Below are positions 46,323 to 58,368 of a stretch of DNA of 64,000 nucleotides, piece after piece. The translations under genes and the position numbers were made by a program. The stretch's first letter is position 1. Every line of letters starts with the position of its first letter. The notes under the pieces are model-generated. The model searched no databases and was not told where the DNA came from. It saw only the letters and a program-made list of their open reading frames with translations. The DNA is from an uncultured Fibrobacteria bacterium (GTDB lineage Bacteria; Fibrobacterota; Fibrobacteria; UBA11236), in assembly GCA_963716395.1 (NCBI GenBank), contig OY970309.1, positions 3,520,001-3,584,000 of the forward strand. The letters are read 5' to 3'.

Positions 46323-48113
46323 TTATTCTTCGTGCACTTCGTAATAGTCAAGGTTAAAAGGCGAGATCACCACCGGCGTGCCTGGCGGCATGTTGGCCAG
46401 GTTATTGTAACGGGAATCAAAATTGTAATTGCGGGCCGGCTGCGTGTAAACATTGTTGTTGCCGGCGGGATGGGAGAAGCGCCATTCGCCGGTGAGGTGG
46501 AGGCAGCGCCACATCGCTACGAGCGATCCGGAAAACGTCATGGTATAACCGGAAAAATTCTCCATGAACGACATGTGGTTGTGCGGCTGTCCCGTGCGGT
46601 CGGAATAGGTGGAGTTCTCGTCCAGATTCCAGTTGTAATAATTCGCATTGTTGGGATCGTTCCAGGACGGATCGACGCGGGCGCGTCGCACTCCGCCCAT
46701 CAAACAGGCCATTACTGTGTCATTAGCCCCGGTGCGGGTGCTGGTCGAGGCGCTGTAGCTGGGACTCCAGTTTTTCGACAGCACGGTGATCAAATCGGAC
46801 ATAATCGCCGAAGATTTGGTCGCGTGGGAGTTGTAACTGCCCCAGATATAGATAGGGCAATTGCTGACGAAGGTAAGGGCACGGTTCAAGGTGGCGGCGT
46901 TATAAAGACAGAAGACGTCGCGTACCTTGGGGGTTTGCGTCGAATCAAATTTGCCTTCGAGATAAATGATCTGATCGGTGGCCGTGGGATCATTAGTGAA
47001 AAATTTCGCCACATTGACATAGGTGACGGTCATCCACAGGCCATCGCTGTAATCGTACAATGAATCTTTGTGATTGCCCGACACCGAAGGCGTGTCGAGG
47101 GCTTTGTTATAACTGGTGTTGTTGGACGACGAGACGGCGGCGTCGGTGCCGTCGGAATTGTTGCGGTACCAAGAACGGTTGATGGTGAACCCCGAAGGCC
47201 GTTTGCGGAAAATCAGGTCGGCATTATAAATCAGCTTTTCTTTTTTCGTGGTCTCCGTTTCGGAGAACCCCGATTGCCCGAGTTCGTCCACATTTTTGGG
47301 TTGGATGATGAGGATGGGATTATACCCGGCAATTGGCATTTTGAAATACGACACGTTGCTGCCGTAGGCCACCTTGACCCGATGGGGTGAATTGCCGCAA
47401 TAGGGGGTATCGAGCGGGGTATTGTTGCCGCCGGGAATGGAATGCAGCGCACCCAAAACACCGTCGGTGCGCATGAATTGCAGATCGCCGGTGGCCGGTT
47501 CGGTCCAGATCTCGCACGGCGAAGTCAGCCAATCGGAAAAGGTGAGATTCGACCCTGGGGGATACAGTTTTATGCGCGAATTGCAATGGGTGCGGCCGGA
47601 AATGTTCATATCCGATCCCGGGTCGAGCAGCATGACGCCTTCCCAATAGATTGCGAATTGGAAAAGCGGGTATTGGTCGAATGCCACGCGTTGACGGATG
47701 CGGGCCGTACTGCCGCCGCCGGCCTTGCTGGACGTGGCCTCGATGTCGGCATAAGATCGGAAGGTCAGCAAGTCGTAGTCGGTACGGATGGAATCGACGC
47801 GGGTATTGCCGTGGCTGTCGGTTTCGATCTGCATATCCATGGTGACCTGGTAGCCTTCGATATTGATGGTGGTGCTGGGCACCTCCACCAGGTAGCCGTT
47901 GGTGTCGACCGCATTGGCGGTACGGTTGATGAGCAGGGCGATGGCCGACTCGGCGGCATACCGGCTTTCGGCATTCTTATTGGAGCCGGCGAAAATTTTG
48001 CGCCCATAGGCCGAATCGCGCAGCATGGAAAGCCCCAAGGTCATCACCGCGGCCAAAAGCACCAGGGAGATCAGCAGCACATAGCCTTGTTGTTTTCCCG
48101 AATCCGTTGCCAT
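46323..48113 (-). CDS. Large PilX-like minor pilin with C-terminal globular domain
   Basis: KQQG-YVLLISLVLL class III signal lacking E5, YAAESAI, FQFAIY, GRTHCN, RNYNFDSRY...PPGTP. Confidence 0.75.
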   Translation of the reverse strand: MATDSGKQQGYVLLISLVLLAAVMTLGLSMLRDSAYGRKIFAGSNKNAESRYAAESAIALLINRTANAVDTNGYLVEVPSTTINIEGYQVTMDMQIETDSHGNTRVDSIRTDYDLLTFRSYADIEATSSKAGGGSTARIRQRVAFDQYPLFQFAIYWEGVMLLDPGSDMNISGRTHCNSRIKLYPPGSNLTFSDWLTSPCEIWTEPATGDLQFMRTDGVLGALHSIPGGNNTPLDTPYCGNSPHRVKVAYGSNVSYFKMPIAGYNPILIIQPKNVDELGQSGFSETETTKKEKLIYNADLIFRKRPSGFTINRSWYRNNSDGTDAAVSSSNNTSYNKALDTPSVSGNHKDSLYDYSDGLWMTVTYVNVAKFFTNDPTATDQIIYLEGKFDSTQTPKVRDVFCLYNAATLNRALTFVSNCPIYIWGSYNSHATKSSAIMSDLITVLSKNWSPSYSASTSTRTGANDTVMACLMGGVRRARVDPSWNDPNNANYYNWNLDENSTYSDRTGQPHNHMSFMENFSGYTMTFSGSLVAMWRCLHLTGEWRFSHPAGNNNVYTQPARNYNFDSRYNNLANMPPGTPVVISPFNLDYYEVHEE

Positions 48114-48134
48114 GCTTCTCCTGCCTGATCCCAA

Positions 48135-48968
48135 TCACACGCCCCGGTTATACAACCGTCCGCGACGGATGCCAACGATGGTTTCGTATTGGCGCGTTGC
48201 CGATCCCGCGGCCGTATGTTCCGCCTTGACGCGAATGAAAACTTTGACGCGCGAAACCTTGCTGCTGTCGTTGATGCTGTCGGAAAATGTTCCATCGCCA
48301 TTGGCGCTGACGTCATAACTCAGATTCAACGAGTCGATGTCGAAAGCCAGGGGAACGTTGGCGTTGTCGGTTCCCTGGTTCACCTGGGTTTGCCGCAGGT
48401 ATCGCGACCCGTCGACATAAAGCGAGTCGTACACCACAGGATAAGCGAAATCCGCCTTTCCCAGGGCGGTTTCCACCGCCGCCGGCACCGTGAGGGTCTT
48501 GGCCGCGGTGTCGAGCGAGGAAATGGCCGACAAGGCGAACGCGTCGCCGTTGGTCAGCAACACATATCCCGCACTGTCGAAAATTGAGGCTTGCGCGACC
48601 GGAATGACACCGTCGGTGGTGTCGGTATTGGCGCTGGTCACCGCCGTGTACAAGTCGTTGGGATTGAAATAGGCCACCAAGCCGGTTCCGTCGCCTTGGC
48701 TGCGCAACCCATTCACCATTTGCGGCAATCCGCCTCCGGCGGAAATCACCATGGTACGCACCATATCCACGACGTAATCGATGGTCATCAGCGAGGTGTT
48801 GGTGTCTTCCTGTTTGAGGCTCATGCTGGTTTGCGACTTATACAGGAAAAACCCCGAGGTCAATACGATCAAACCGATGGTGGCGGCCAGAATCGCCTCG
48901 ATCAAAGTGAACCCCGCTTCGCCACGCCGCGAAGCCCGCTCCCTCGTGCCTTCGGCGACGATCTTCAT
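48135..48968 (-). CDS. PilW-like minor pilin
   Basis: G-FTLIE prepilin motif, MVISAG. Confidence 0.8.
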   Translation of the reverse strand: MKIVAEGTRERASRRGEAGFTLIEAILAATIGLIVLTSGFFLYKSQTSMSLKQEDTNTSLMTIDYVVDMVRTMVISAGGGLPQMVNGLRSQGDGTGLVAYFNPNDLYTAVTSANTDTTDGVIPVAQASIFDSAGYVLLTNGDAFALSAISSLDTAAKTLTVPAAVETALGKADFAYPVVYDSLYVDGSRYLRQTQVNQGTDNANVPLAFDIDSLNLSYDVSANGDGTFSDSINDSSKVSRVKVFIRVKAEHTAAGSATRQYETIVGIRRGRLYNRGV

Positions 48969-49396
48969 TGGGTGAAACAGGTGGAACTGGTGGATTGTTG
49001 GTAATTCGATACGGTCACCGTCAAATAGCGGGTGGAATCGGAGACCGCCGACGCCTTGATATGGCGCATTTTGGAAATATCGAGACCCGGCAGAATGGAA
49101 TCGGCGGCGCCTTGCGTAAAACTGGTCACCGTCAATTTAACGGCGATGCCTTGGCGCGAAGTGTAGGTTTGCCCATTCATCAAATCCAAGGTGACGACGG
49201 GTTGGGTCATGGCCGAATCCAAGATTTCGGACAGCGAACCGGTAACATCGATGTATTTCTTGTTCGAGGCGTTGCTGGCAATGGTGGGCTCGGCCGTACG
49301 TAAAAAAATGGTGATGGTCGCGCCGATCACCACCATGGCGGCCAGAATTTCCAGCAAGGTCAAGCCGCGTTGTCGTGGCCCGATTCCCAAGTTCAT
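48965..49396 (-). CDS. PilV-like minor pilin
   Basis: QRG-LTLLE prepilin motif; 143 aa. Confidence 0.8.
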   Translation of the reverse strand: MNLGIGPRQRGLTLLEILAAMVVIGATITIFLRTAEPTIASNASNKKYIDVTGSLSEILDSAMTQPVVTLDLMNGQTYTSRQGIAVKLTVTSFTQGAADSILPGLDISKMRHIKASAVSDSTRYLTVTVSNYQQSTSSTCFTQ

Positions 49397-49905
49397 AGGC
49401 CGGCCCCGGTTTGCTGAAAGGTTTGCCCGGAAGCCGCGATGACCAAAAGTTTGGTGGTGTCGGTTTGGCCGCTGACATAGGTCAAGGTGTAGCTGTGCAA
49501 ATCGGCGACCGCTCCGTTTTTTTTGAAACAGATATTGCTGGCGGTATCGCCGTTTGAACTCAGAATGGAAACGCCGGCGGTCGGGTCCAAGGTGAAAGCC
49601 GTGCTCAGGGTGTCGGTGTTGTCGAAGGCATTGTCTTCATCGACATCCTGGAACAGCGCCACCGAATGGGTGGCCGCACTGTAATGCACGCCGAAGTGCT
49701 TGCTGTCGAATACCGATTGATGCGAGGCCATGAGCAGAATCGCTCTTAAGGCGTAGATGTCGCCGCGTTTTTTGGATTTGGTTTCATAGGTAGCGGCGAA
49801 CAAACCGACACCCAAACTCAGCAGCACGAGGACAACAACCATTTCCACCAAGGTGAATCCCTTTTGTCCGCATCGCGTCGGCCGGGTGAACTCATCGGTA
49901 TTCAC
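49393..49905 (-). CDS. FimT/GspH-like minor pilin
   Basis: QKG-FTLVE motif, ICFKKNG, C-terminal IAASG. Confidence 0.8.
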   Translation of the reverse strand: MNTDEFTRPTRCGQKGFTLVEMVVVLVLLSLGVGLFAATYETKSKKRGDIYALRAILLMASHQSVFDSKHFGVHYSAATHSVALFQDVDEDNAFDNTDTLSTAFTLDPTAGVSILSSNGDTASNICFKKNGAVADLHSYTLTYVSGQTDTTKLLVIAASGQTFQQTGAGL

Positions 49906-50402
49906 TTGGCCGCCTTCTGCAAGCGCCTGATCCGGCTTCGCGTCTCGGAACTCACTTTCGACCACAGGATTTTCACATGGTGCGCGGCGTCTTCGGGATC
50001 AACCAAGGTTCCCTTCGCGGCATAGCGCGTGTGAAATTCCGGCGCGGCATACGCCGCATAAGCCCAGAACAACGCCTGCTGATCGGCGCTTTCCTCTGCC
50101 GCAGGCCGGGCCAAAACCTGCTCCTGGCGAATCCCCAGGTTTTCCAGAATCCGGTTTTTGTGCATCAGGGCGAAGATGTTCAAGGCCATGGCTGCCATGG
50201 CGAAACCTGCCACCCACAGCGATCGGGTTAAGCGTTCGCGTTTGCGGCGGGCGGCGCGCGGACTCAGCGGAACGGCCGCCGGCTCCGGCGGAGCTTGCGA
50301 GAAGGCCAACTTCTTGCGCATTTTGGCCACGAGATCTTTTTCACGCGAGCGGGCGTTAATGACCAGGGCCTGCTGGGAATCTTTGGAAGAGGGAAGGCTC
50401 AT
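49902..50402 (-). CDS. Hypothetical single-TM protein leading the pilin operon
   Basis: Basic N-terminus, one TM (LWVAGFAMAAMALNIFAL), GTGA overlap with the FimT-like gene; start uncertain. Confidence 0.6.
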   Translation of the reverse strand: MSLPSSKDSQQALVINARSREKDLVAKMRKKLAFSQAPPEPAAVPLSPRAARRKRERLTRSLWVAGFAMAAMALNIFALMHKNRILENLGIRQEQVLARPAAEESADQQALFWAYAAYAAPEFHTRYAAKGTLVDPEDAAHHVKILWSKVSSETRSRIRRLQKAAK

Positions 50403-50713
50403 TGGAATCTCGAATCGCGCAAGGTTTTCGACGGCAAGACATTTTGATTTTATTCCGAATCCAATTGCCATTCAATTTTCACCTTTGCGGTTTTGTTGAT
50501 GTTTTATAGCAGATTTTGTGAAAATCGATTTTATTGAAGCCCCGATGCCCGCGAATCGATGCGCGGTTCCGTCGGACAGATCTCCACCCCGCCGGCAGAA
50601 CACCCTTAAAGGTTCACTTGGCTACGAAAAACGGCCTGCAGTCCCGCAAGACTGCGAAGCCTAAGATTCGCACCGGAAGCTTTCGTTTTAAAAAAAGGTC
50701 TTGCGAATCGAGC

Positions 50714-52114
50714 TCAAATCCTGACGTGGCCGGGCGTGCGCGGGAACGGGATGACGTCGCGGATATTGGCCATGCCCGTGACGAATTGCACTAGGCGTTC
50801 GAAGCCGAGGCCGAAGCCGGCATGCGGCGCGCCTCCGAAGCGGCGGAGATCGAGATACCATTCCAGCCCGCGAGGATCCAGCCCGGTTTCGGCCATGCGC
50901 GCTTCCAGCAGGCCCAGGCGATCTTCACGCTGGGCGCCGCCCATGATTTCGCCGATTTGCGGCACCAGCACGTCCATGGCCCGCACCGTGCGGCCGTCGT
51001 CGTTCAGCTTCATGTAAAAGGCCTTGATGCCTTTGGGATAGTCGGTCAGAATCACCGGGCATTGGAATACCTTCTCGGAGAGGTAACGTTCATGTTCCGA
51101 TTGCAAATCCGATCCCCACTCCACCGGAAATTGGAATTTCTCTCCGCTTTGCTTGAGCCTTTCCACGGCTTCGGTGTAGGTGAGGCGGGCAAAGGGTCTT
51201 TCGGCAACGCCCTGCAGACGGTTGCAAACCTCGGCATCGACCCGCTCGCGGAAGAAGTCGAGATCGCGACCGCCGCGATCCAAGGCCGCGCGACATAAAT
51301 GCTTGAGAAAGGCTTCGGCCATATCCATGTCGTCTTCGAGATCGGCGAAGGCCATTTCGGGTTCCACCATCCAGAACTCGGCCAGATGCCGCGAGGTGTT
51401 GGAATTCTCGGCCCGGAAGGTGGGTCCGAAGGTGTACACGTCGCCCAGGCTCAAGGCGTAAGCCTCGGCTTCGAGTTGGCCCGACACCGTCAGGTTCACG
51501 GCGCTGCCGAAAAAATCTACAGCGAAATCCGGGGCGTGTCCGGAACGCGCCAGGGCTTGTAGGTCCAAAGTCGTGACCTGAAAGGTTTTGCCCGCGCCTT
51601 CGCAATCATTGGCGGTGAGGATGGGAGTATGCAGCCAGATAAAACCTTTTTGATGAAAGAACTCATGCACGGCCTGGGCCAAAAGGTCACGCACACGCGC
51701 CAGAGCTCCGAAGGTATTGGTGCGCGGTCGCAGATGGGTAAACTCGCGCAAATGCTCATAGGTCATTTTTTGCTTGGCGATGGGATAATGCAGCGGATCG
51801 CTGGCTCCCAGAATTTCCAGCGCCTCGGTTTGGAGTTCGACGGCCTGTTTGCCGCCTGGCGATGCGACTAATTTTCCCGCAGCCTGAACCGAGGTGCCGG
51901 GATAAAGCTGCGCGACGAGGGGATAAGAAAGTGACGAAACCGGAATGACGGCTTGCAGGTTTTCAAAACAGGAACCGTCGTTGATTTCGATAAAAGCCAC
52001 CCCGGCTTTGGATTCACGCTTGGTCCGTACCCAACCTTGGATTTTAATGGCTTCGCCGAAAGCTGTTTTGGCCAACAGGTCCGAGACTTTGCTCCGCCCT
52101 TTCCTGACGCTCAT
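50714..52114 (-). CDS. asnS: Asparagine--tRNA ligase
   Basis: GWVRTKR, INDGS, HLRPRTN, LTVSGQL, FRAENSNTSRHLAEFWMVEPE, GLGFERL. Confidence 0.97.
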   Translation of the reverse strand: MSVRKGRSKVSDLLAKTAFGEAIKIQGWVRTKRESKAGVAFIEINDGSCFENLQAVIPVSSLSYPLVAQLYPGTSVQAAGKLVASPGGKQAVELQTEALEILGASDPLHYPIAKQKMTYEHLREFTHLRPRTNTFGALARVRDLLAQAVHEFFHQKGFIWLHTPILTANDCEGAGKTFQVTTLDLQALARSGHAPDFAVDFFGSAVNLTVSGQLEAEAYALSLGDVYTFGPTFRAENSNTSRHLAEFWMVEPEMAFADLEDDMDMAEAFLKHLCRAALDRGGRDLDFFRERVDAEVCNRLQGVAERPFARLTYTEAVERLKQSGEKFQFPVEWGSDLQSEHERYLSEKVFQCPVILTDYPKGIKAFYMKLNDDGRTVRAMDVLVPQIGEIMGGAQREDRLGLLEARMAETGLDPRGLEWYLDLRRFGGAPHAGFGLGFERLVQFVTGMANIRDVIPFPRTPGHVRI

Positions 52115-52219
52115 ACCCGCCCCACTCCCCTGTTCGGCCCAAAATCAGCACCGGAAGAAAAATTGTTTACTAATTTGATAGATGTTCGTAAGTTATAGAT
52201 AAATCAAAAGGTTGCTTGA

Positions 52220-53073
52220 ATGTCGTCTCAACCCGAAAACCTCGCCTCACCCACTCAGTCTCCCACCGGAAGCGCTGCCGGCGATGGAGCTTCCGAGTCT
52301 AAGTTTTCGCAGAAAATAGCAACCCTGGCGCAGAACCCGCGGCATCGCGGGGCCTTCTTCACCGAAGACGCCACGGCCAAAGACCTGGCTTTGGTCACGG
52401 CCAAATACAAAGACATCAAGGTGTATTGGCTGGTGGATCCGCAAAGCGACCTCATTTACGACGCCAAGTTTTTCTCCTATGGCGGGCCGGTTTCCATGGC
52501 CATGGGCGAAATGCTTTCTTCGCTGGTCAAAGGCATGAAGATCGACACGGCCTGCGACGTCAGCCTTGATGAGGTCGAAAGCCTGCTGCGCGACTCCCCG
52601 GAAGCGCCGGCCACAGTTCAACCCAAAGAAGAAGCCTTCGCCAACCTGCCCATGCTGCTGGCCACGGCCAAAGAAACCTATCCCGCCGCCAAAGCCCTGG
52701 CCCTGGCTTCGCTGCAACTCAAACAACAGGCCGATCAAAGCCGGCCGCGGCGCACGGCCTATGAAAATCTCACCGAGGCCGATCAGACCTGGCTTAAGAA
52801 AAGCAAAGACGAGCAACTCGCGGCCATCGAAGAAATTCTTGATCGCGACATCCGTCCCGGCCTGAACATGGATGGCGGTGATTTGAACATTATTGATTTG
52901 GAAGACGGCGCCAAGCTAACGGTGCGCTACCAGGGCGCCTGCGGCAGTTGCGGATCTTCGGTGGGCGCGACCCTGTCTTTTATCGAAGACGCCATGCGCC
53001 GCCAGCTTTTCGGCGGATTTCAGGTCGTGCCCGTGGACACGCCTGATACCTTTTCGATGTGGGGGCCGCCCGG

Positions 53074-53077
<4 letters not shown>
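52220..53077 (+). CDS. NifU-like protein (degenerate IscU-like domain plus Nfu C-terminal domain)
   Basis: [11 protein letters not shown] in the N-domain; [11 protein letters not shown] and YQGACGSC in the C-domain. Confidence 0.8.
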
Positions 53078-54531
<1,454 letters not shown>

Positions 54532-54567
54532 AATGTTCTTTCATGCAGAGGGGTCGGGGGTGAGGTC

Positions 54568-55320
54568 ATGACCACCCTACTCGACATTCAAGACCTGCAC
54601 GGTGGTTTGCAGGGCGTGGAAATTCTCACCGGCGTTTCCCTGCGCATGCAGGCCGGAGAAGTGCACGCCATCATGGGGCCCAACGGTTCGGGCAAAAGCA
54701 CCTTGTCGAAAATCGTGGCCGGGCATCCGGAATACGTGGTGTCGTCGGGAGATGTGCGCTTCAACGGAGAAAGCGTGCTGAGCCTGGAGCCGGATGTACG
54801 CGCCCGCAAAGGAATTTTTCTCGGCTTCCAATATCCGGTGGAATTGCCGGGCGTAAATAACGCCGAATTTTTACGCGTGGCCTGCAATGCCCGCCGTCGC
54901 GAACACGGCGAAGAAGAATTCGATCCCTTTGACTTTCAGGCCTTTTTGGCCGCGAAAATGCAGCTTTTGGAAATGGACGCGCGCTATCAGGAACGCGGCG
55001 TAAACGAAGGCTTTTCCGGCGGCGAAAAGAAACGCAACGAAATCCTGCAAATGGCGGTGCTTGAACCCGTATTGGCCATTCTCGACGAAACCGACTCGGG
55101 GCTCGATATCGATGCGCTCAAAACCGTCTCCAAGGGCATCAACTCCTTGCGGCGTCCAGACAACGCCATCTTGCTCATCACCCATTACCAGCGCTTGCTC
55201 GACATGGTGCAACCCGACTTCGTGCACATTCTTTCCCGCGGCCGTTTCGTGAAATCCGGCGGCAAAGAATTGGCGCTTGAAGTGGAAAGCCGGGGCTATG
55301 ACTGGTTAACTGCGGCGTGA
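54568..55320 (+). CDS. sufC: Fe-S cluster assembly ATPase SufC
   Basis: GPNGSGKST, FQYPVE, FSGGEKKRNE, LDETDSGLDID. Confidence 0.97.
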   Translation: MTTLLDIQDLHGGLQGVEILTGVSLRMQAGEVHAIMGPNGSGKSTLSKIVAGHPEYVVSSGDVRFNGESVLSLEPDVRARKGIFLGFQYPVELPGVNNAEFLRVACNARRREHGEEEFDPFDFQAFLAAKMQLLEMDARYQERGVNEGFSGGEKKRNEILQMAVLEPVLAILDETDSGLDIDALKTVSKGINSLRRPDNAILLITHYQRLLDMVQPDFVHILSRGRFVKSGGKELALEVESRGYDWLTAA

Positions 55321-55348
55321 CGGTCGTTTTTCGATCTTCCGCCGCGCG

Positions 55349-56578
55349 TTGCAAAACCGCATGACGACTTCCGCTTCCACCCCGCTATCCCCTCCGCTTC
55401 GGACCGCCCAATTCATGCGGCCGACACGGGTGCGGGAAATTCCCGAGGCTTTGGCCTGGTTGCAGGCCAAGCAACCCCGCAGCTCGGACGTACAACAGGC
55501 CGCCTGGAAAGCCTTCACCGCCGTCGGCCTCCCCCATCAAGGCGACGAGGATTACGGCTTTGTGTCGGTGGCCGAATTGCGATCCAAATTGTCGGAGACG
55601 AAAACCTCGGCTTCGGCATTTCCGGCACCCGGAATTTCCGACAGTCAAAGCCAGTGGGATCGCTTCGATCCGAACTCCGATTCCGCATGCGTAAGTTTGG
55701 CCGGGCAGGAAAACGATGCCGCCGCGGCTTTGGCCCTAGCGTTTGCAGATGCCACCGGGTTGCAACTGGCGGCGGGGAGTCGCCGGGAAAACCCTTTGCG
55801 CATCGATCTCGATTCCGGACCAGGCCGCAGCGACGTGGCCATGTTCCTGCGCCTCGAAGCGAACAGCGCCGCACACATCCACCTGTGCAGCCGCAGCGCA
55901 GCCCAAAGTTTTCACAACGCGGTCCTGGTTTTTCTGCTGGGCCCGGGCGCAGAATTGGATCTGGTTTGCGAAGACGGCGGCCAAGGTTTGCAAGCGCAAA
56001 AACTTCGCCTGGTGCTGGCGCGTGAAGCCCGCGTGCGCGTGACGTCGGCCTCGACCGGCGGAGCCCTGCATCGCCTGGCGTTGCAAGCCGATTTACGAGA
56101 GCCCGGCGCTTCGCTGACCGTGGGCGCCGCGGCCGTGGTGGGTGGGAACCGGCGGCTGCACCGCCATCTGCATATCCGGCACCAAAGCCCGGATTGCGTT
56201 TCCAAGCAACTGTTCAAAACCGTGGCGACCGATGCGGCACGCGCCAGCGTCGACGGCACGGTGGTCGTCGATCGCGGAGCCCAACGCACCGACGCCCGCC
56301 AACTCATCCGCAATCTGCTTTTGTCCCCAGCAGCGCGCGTCGACGCCAAGCCCCGCCTGCTGATCCATGCCGACGACGTGAAATGCAGCCACGGCGCGGC
56401 CACGGGTAAGTTCGATCCCGAACAGCAGTTCTATTTGCGCGCGCGCGGACTGGACGCGCCGGCGGCCAACCGGCTTTTGACCCGGGCCTTTCTCTCCGAA
56501 GCTCTGGACGCCGCACCCGCCGGGCGCGACGCCCTGTTGGCCGGGCTGCTCGACGCCCTGGGCAGAAAAACGCCGTGA
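55349..56578 (+). CDS. sufD: Fe-S cluster assembly protein SufD
   Basis: SKQLFK, NLLLS, P.L.IHADDVKCSHGA, FYLRARG; start uncertain. Confidence 0.9.
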   Translation: MQNRMTTSASTPLSPPLRTAQFMRPTRVREIPEALAWLQAKQPRSSDVQQAAWKAFTAVGLPHQGDEDYGFVSVAELRSKLSETKTSASAFPAPGISDSQSQWDRFDPNSDSACVSLAGQENDAAAALALAFADATGLQLAAGSRRENPLRIDLDSGPGRSDVAMFLRLEANSAAHIHLCSRSAAQSFHNAVLVFLLGPGAELDLVCEDGGQGLQAQKLRLVLAREARVRVTSASTGGALHRLALQADLREPGASLTVGAAAVVGGNRRLHRHLHIRHQSPDCVSKQLFKTVATDAARASVDGTVVVDRGAQRTDARQLIRNLLLSPAARVDAKPRLLIHADDVKCSHGAATGKFDPEQQFYLRARGLDAPAANRLLTRAFLSEALDAAPAGRDALLAGLLDALGRKTP

Positions 56579-57804
56579 CTCCGATGACGACGCCTTATCT
56601 CGACATCAAAAAAGACTTTCCGGTTCTGAATCGCGACTTCGGCGGTCAACCCCTGGTGTATCTCGATACGGCCGCGACGTCGCAAAAACCCGAGGCGGTC
56701 ATCGACGCCATGGATCGCTTTTACCGCGAAAGCTACGGCACGGTGCGGCGCGGCGTGTACCGTCTCAGCGAAAAAGCCACGGCGGCCTATGAAGGCACGC
56801 GCCGGAAAATCGCGGACCTAATCGGTGCGGCCTCGGAAAACGAAATCGTTTACACCCGCGGCACCACCGAAAGCTTGAATCTCGTGGCCTATGCCTATGG
56901 CCGGTCGGTCTTGAAACCCGGCGATGAAATCGTGCTCTCGCACATCGAGCATCACGCCAACATCGTGCCCTGGCAAATCGTGGGCGAAATGACGGGAGCG
57001 CGCATTCGGGTCATTCCTTGCAACGATCGCGGCGTTTTGCTCTTGGATGAATTCGAAAAACTGCTTTCACCCCGCACCAAAATCGTGGCCGTAAACCACG
57101 TGTCGAATGCCCTGGGCACGGTCAATCCGATTGCGGAAATCGCGCGCATCGCCCATGCCGCCGGAGCCGTGCTGGTGGTGGACGGCGCGCAAAGCATCAG
57201 CCACCGCCGGGTGAACGTGCGCGAACTCGGCGCGGATTTCTTCGCCTTTTCCGGGCATAAAATGTTCGGCCCCACCGGCATCGGCATTCTCTACGGTCGG
57301 CACGATTTGCTGGCAAACATGCCGCCGTTCCAGGGCGGCGGCGACATGATTCGCACCGTGACCTTCGAGACCACCACCTACCAAGATCCGCCGCATCGCT
57401 TCGAAGCCGGCACGCCGGCCATTGTCGAAGTGGTGGGCCTGGCCGCGGCCGTGGATTACCTCCTGGGCGTGGGATTGGATCGCATTGCGGCCCATGAGCA
57501 TGCCTTGCTGGAATACGGCACAAAATTGTTGTCCGACATTCCCGGCCTGCGCCTCATCGGCACGGCGCCGGAAAAATCCGGCGTGCTGAGCTTCGCCCTC
57601 GACGGCGTCCACCCGCATGACATCGGCACCTTGCTCGACATGGACGGCATTTCCATCCGCGCCGGGCACCATTGCGCCCAGCCCACCATGGCGCGCTTCG
57701 GAGTGCCGGCCACGGCACGCGCTTCGCTCGCGCCCTATAACACCGAAGCCGATCTCGACGCGCTGGCGGCGGGGATTCGCAAAATCCAGGGGATGTTCGG
57801 CTGA
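56575..57804 (+). CDS. sufS: Cysteine desulfurase SufS
   Basis: YLDTAATSQKP, EHHANIVPWQ, SGHKM, RAGHHCAQP. Confidence 0.97.
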   Translation: MTPMTTPYLDIKKDFPVLNRDFGGQPLVYLDTAATSQKPEAVIDAMDRFYRESYGTVRRGVYRLSEKATAAYEGTRRKIADLIGAASENEIVYTRGTTESLNLVAYAYGRSVLKPGDEIVLSHIEHHANIVPWQIVGEMTGARIRVIPCNDRGVLLLDEFEKLLSPRTKIVAVNHVSNALGTVNPIAEIARIAHAAGAVLVVDGAQSISHRRVNVRELGADFFAFSGHKMFGPTGIGILYGRHDLLANMPPFQGGGDMIRTVTFETTTYQDPPHRFEAGTPAIVEVVGLAAAVDYLLGVGLDRIAAHEHALLEYGTKLLSDIPGLRLIGTAPEKSGVLSFALDGVHPHDIGTLLDMDGISIRAGHHCAQPTMARFGVPATARASLAPYNTEADLDALAAGIRKIQGMFG

Positions 57805-58268
57805 TGTCCCAAGCCAACGAATTGTACCAGCAAGTCATTCTCGACCATAACCGCAATCCCCGGAATTTCCGGGCCATGCCCGATGCGACCCATGTGTGCC
57901 AGGGCCATAATCCGCTGTGCGGCGATCACATCACGGTGTTCGCCAAAGTGGACGAAAACGGCGCCTTGGCCGACGTGAGTTTTCAAGGCAACGGCTGCGC
58001 CATCAGCAAGGCCAGCGCCTCGCTGATGACCGCGCAACTCAAGGGTATGCCGATGGCGGAAGCCCGCGCTCTGTACGGAGAGTTTCACAACATGGTGAAA
58101 GGCGAGGCCGGCGACGAAAATTCGCCCTTGGTCGCGGCGCATTTGGGCAAGCTGACTTTATTTCGCGGGGTGCGGGAATACTCTTCGCGCATCAAATGCG
58201 CCACCTTGGCTTGGCATGCCTTGATGGGTGCCCTGGATCGCCGCGATTCCGCCACCACCGAAAGCTAG
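57804..58268 (+). CDS. sufU: SUF system NifU-family protein SufU
   Basis: LYQQVILDH, NPLCGD, GCAISKASAS, RIKCATL.WH. Confidence 0.95.
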   Translation: MSQANELYQQVILDHNRNPRNFRAMPDATHVCQGHNPLCGDHITVFAKVDENGALADVSFQGNGCAISKASASLMTAQLKGMPMAEARALYGEFHNMVKGEAGDENSPLVAAHLGKLTLFRGVREYSSRIKCATLAWHALMGALDRRDSATTES

Positions 58269-58368
58269 GCAGCGCATCCCAATCGTTTCCCTTTTTATAA
58301 CTATCTAAATTATTTGGCTTCGCGGCACCGGGCCGAAAGCAAGGGAATCAAGAAAAGGGAGTGGAATC

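Noticed and set aside
50455-50475. Sigma54 promoter for the pilin operon (TGGCAA...)
   Set aside because: The -12 GC dinucleotide is absent at the required spacing
52174-52208. FNR box before the nifU/suf operon (tttgat...atcaaa)
   Set aside because: Half-sites are far more than 4 bp apart; only an AT-rich promoter region can be supported
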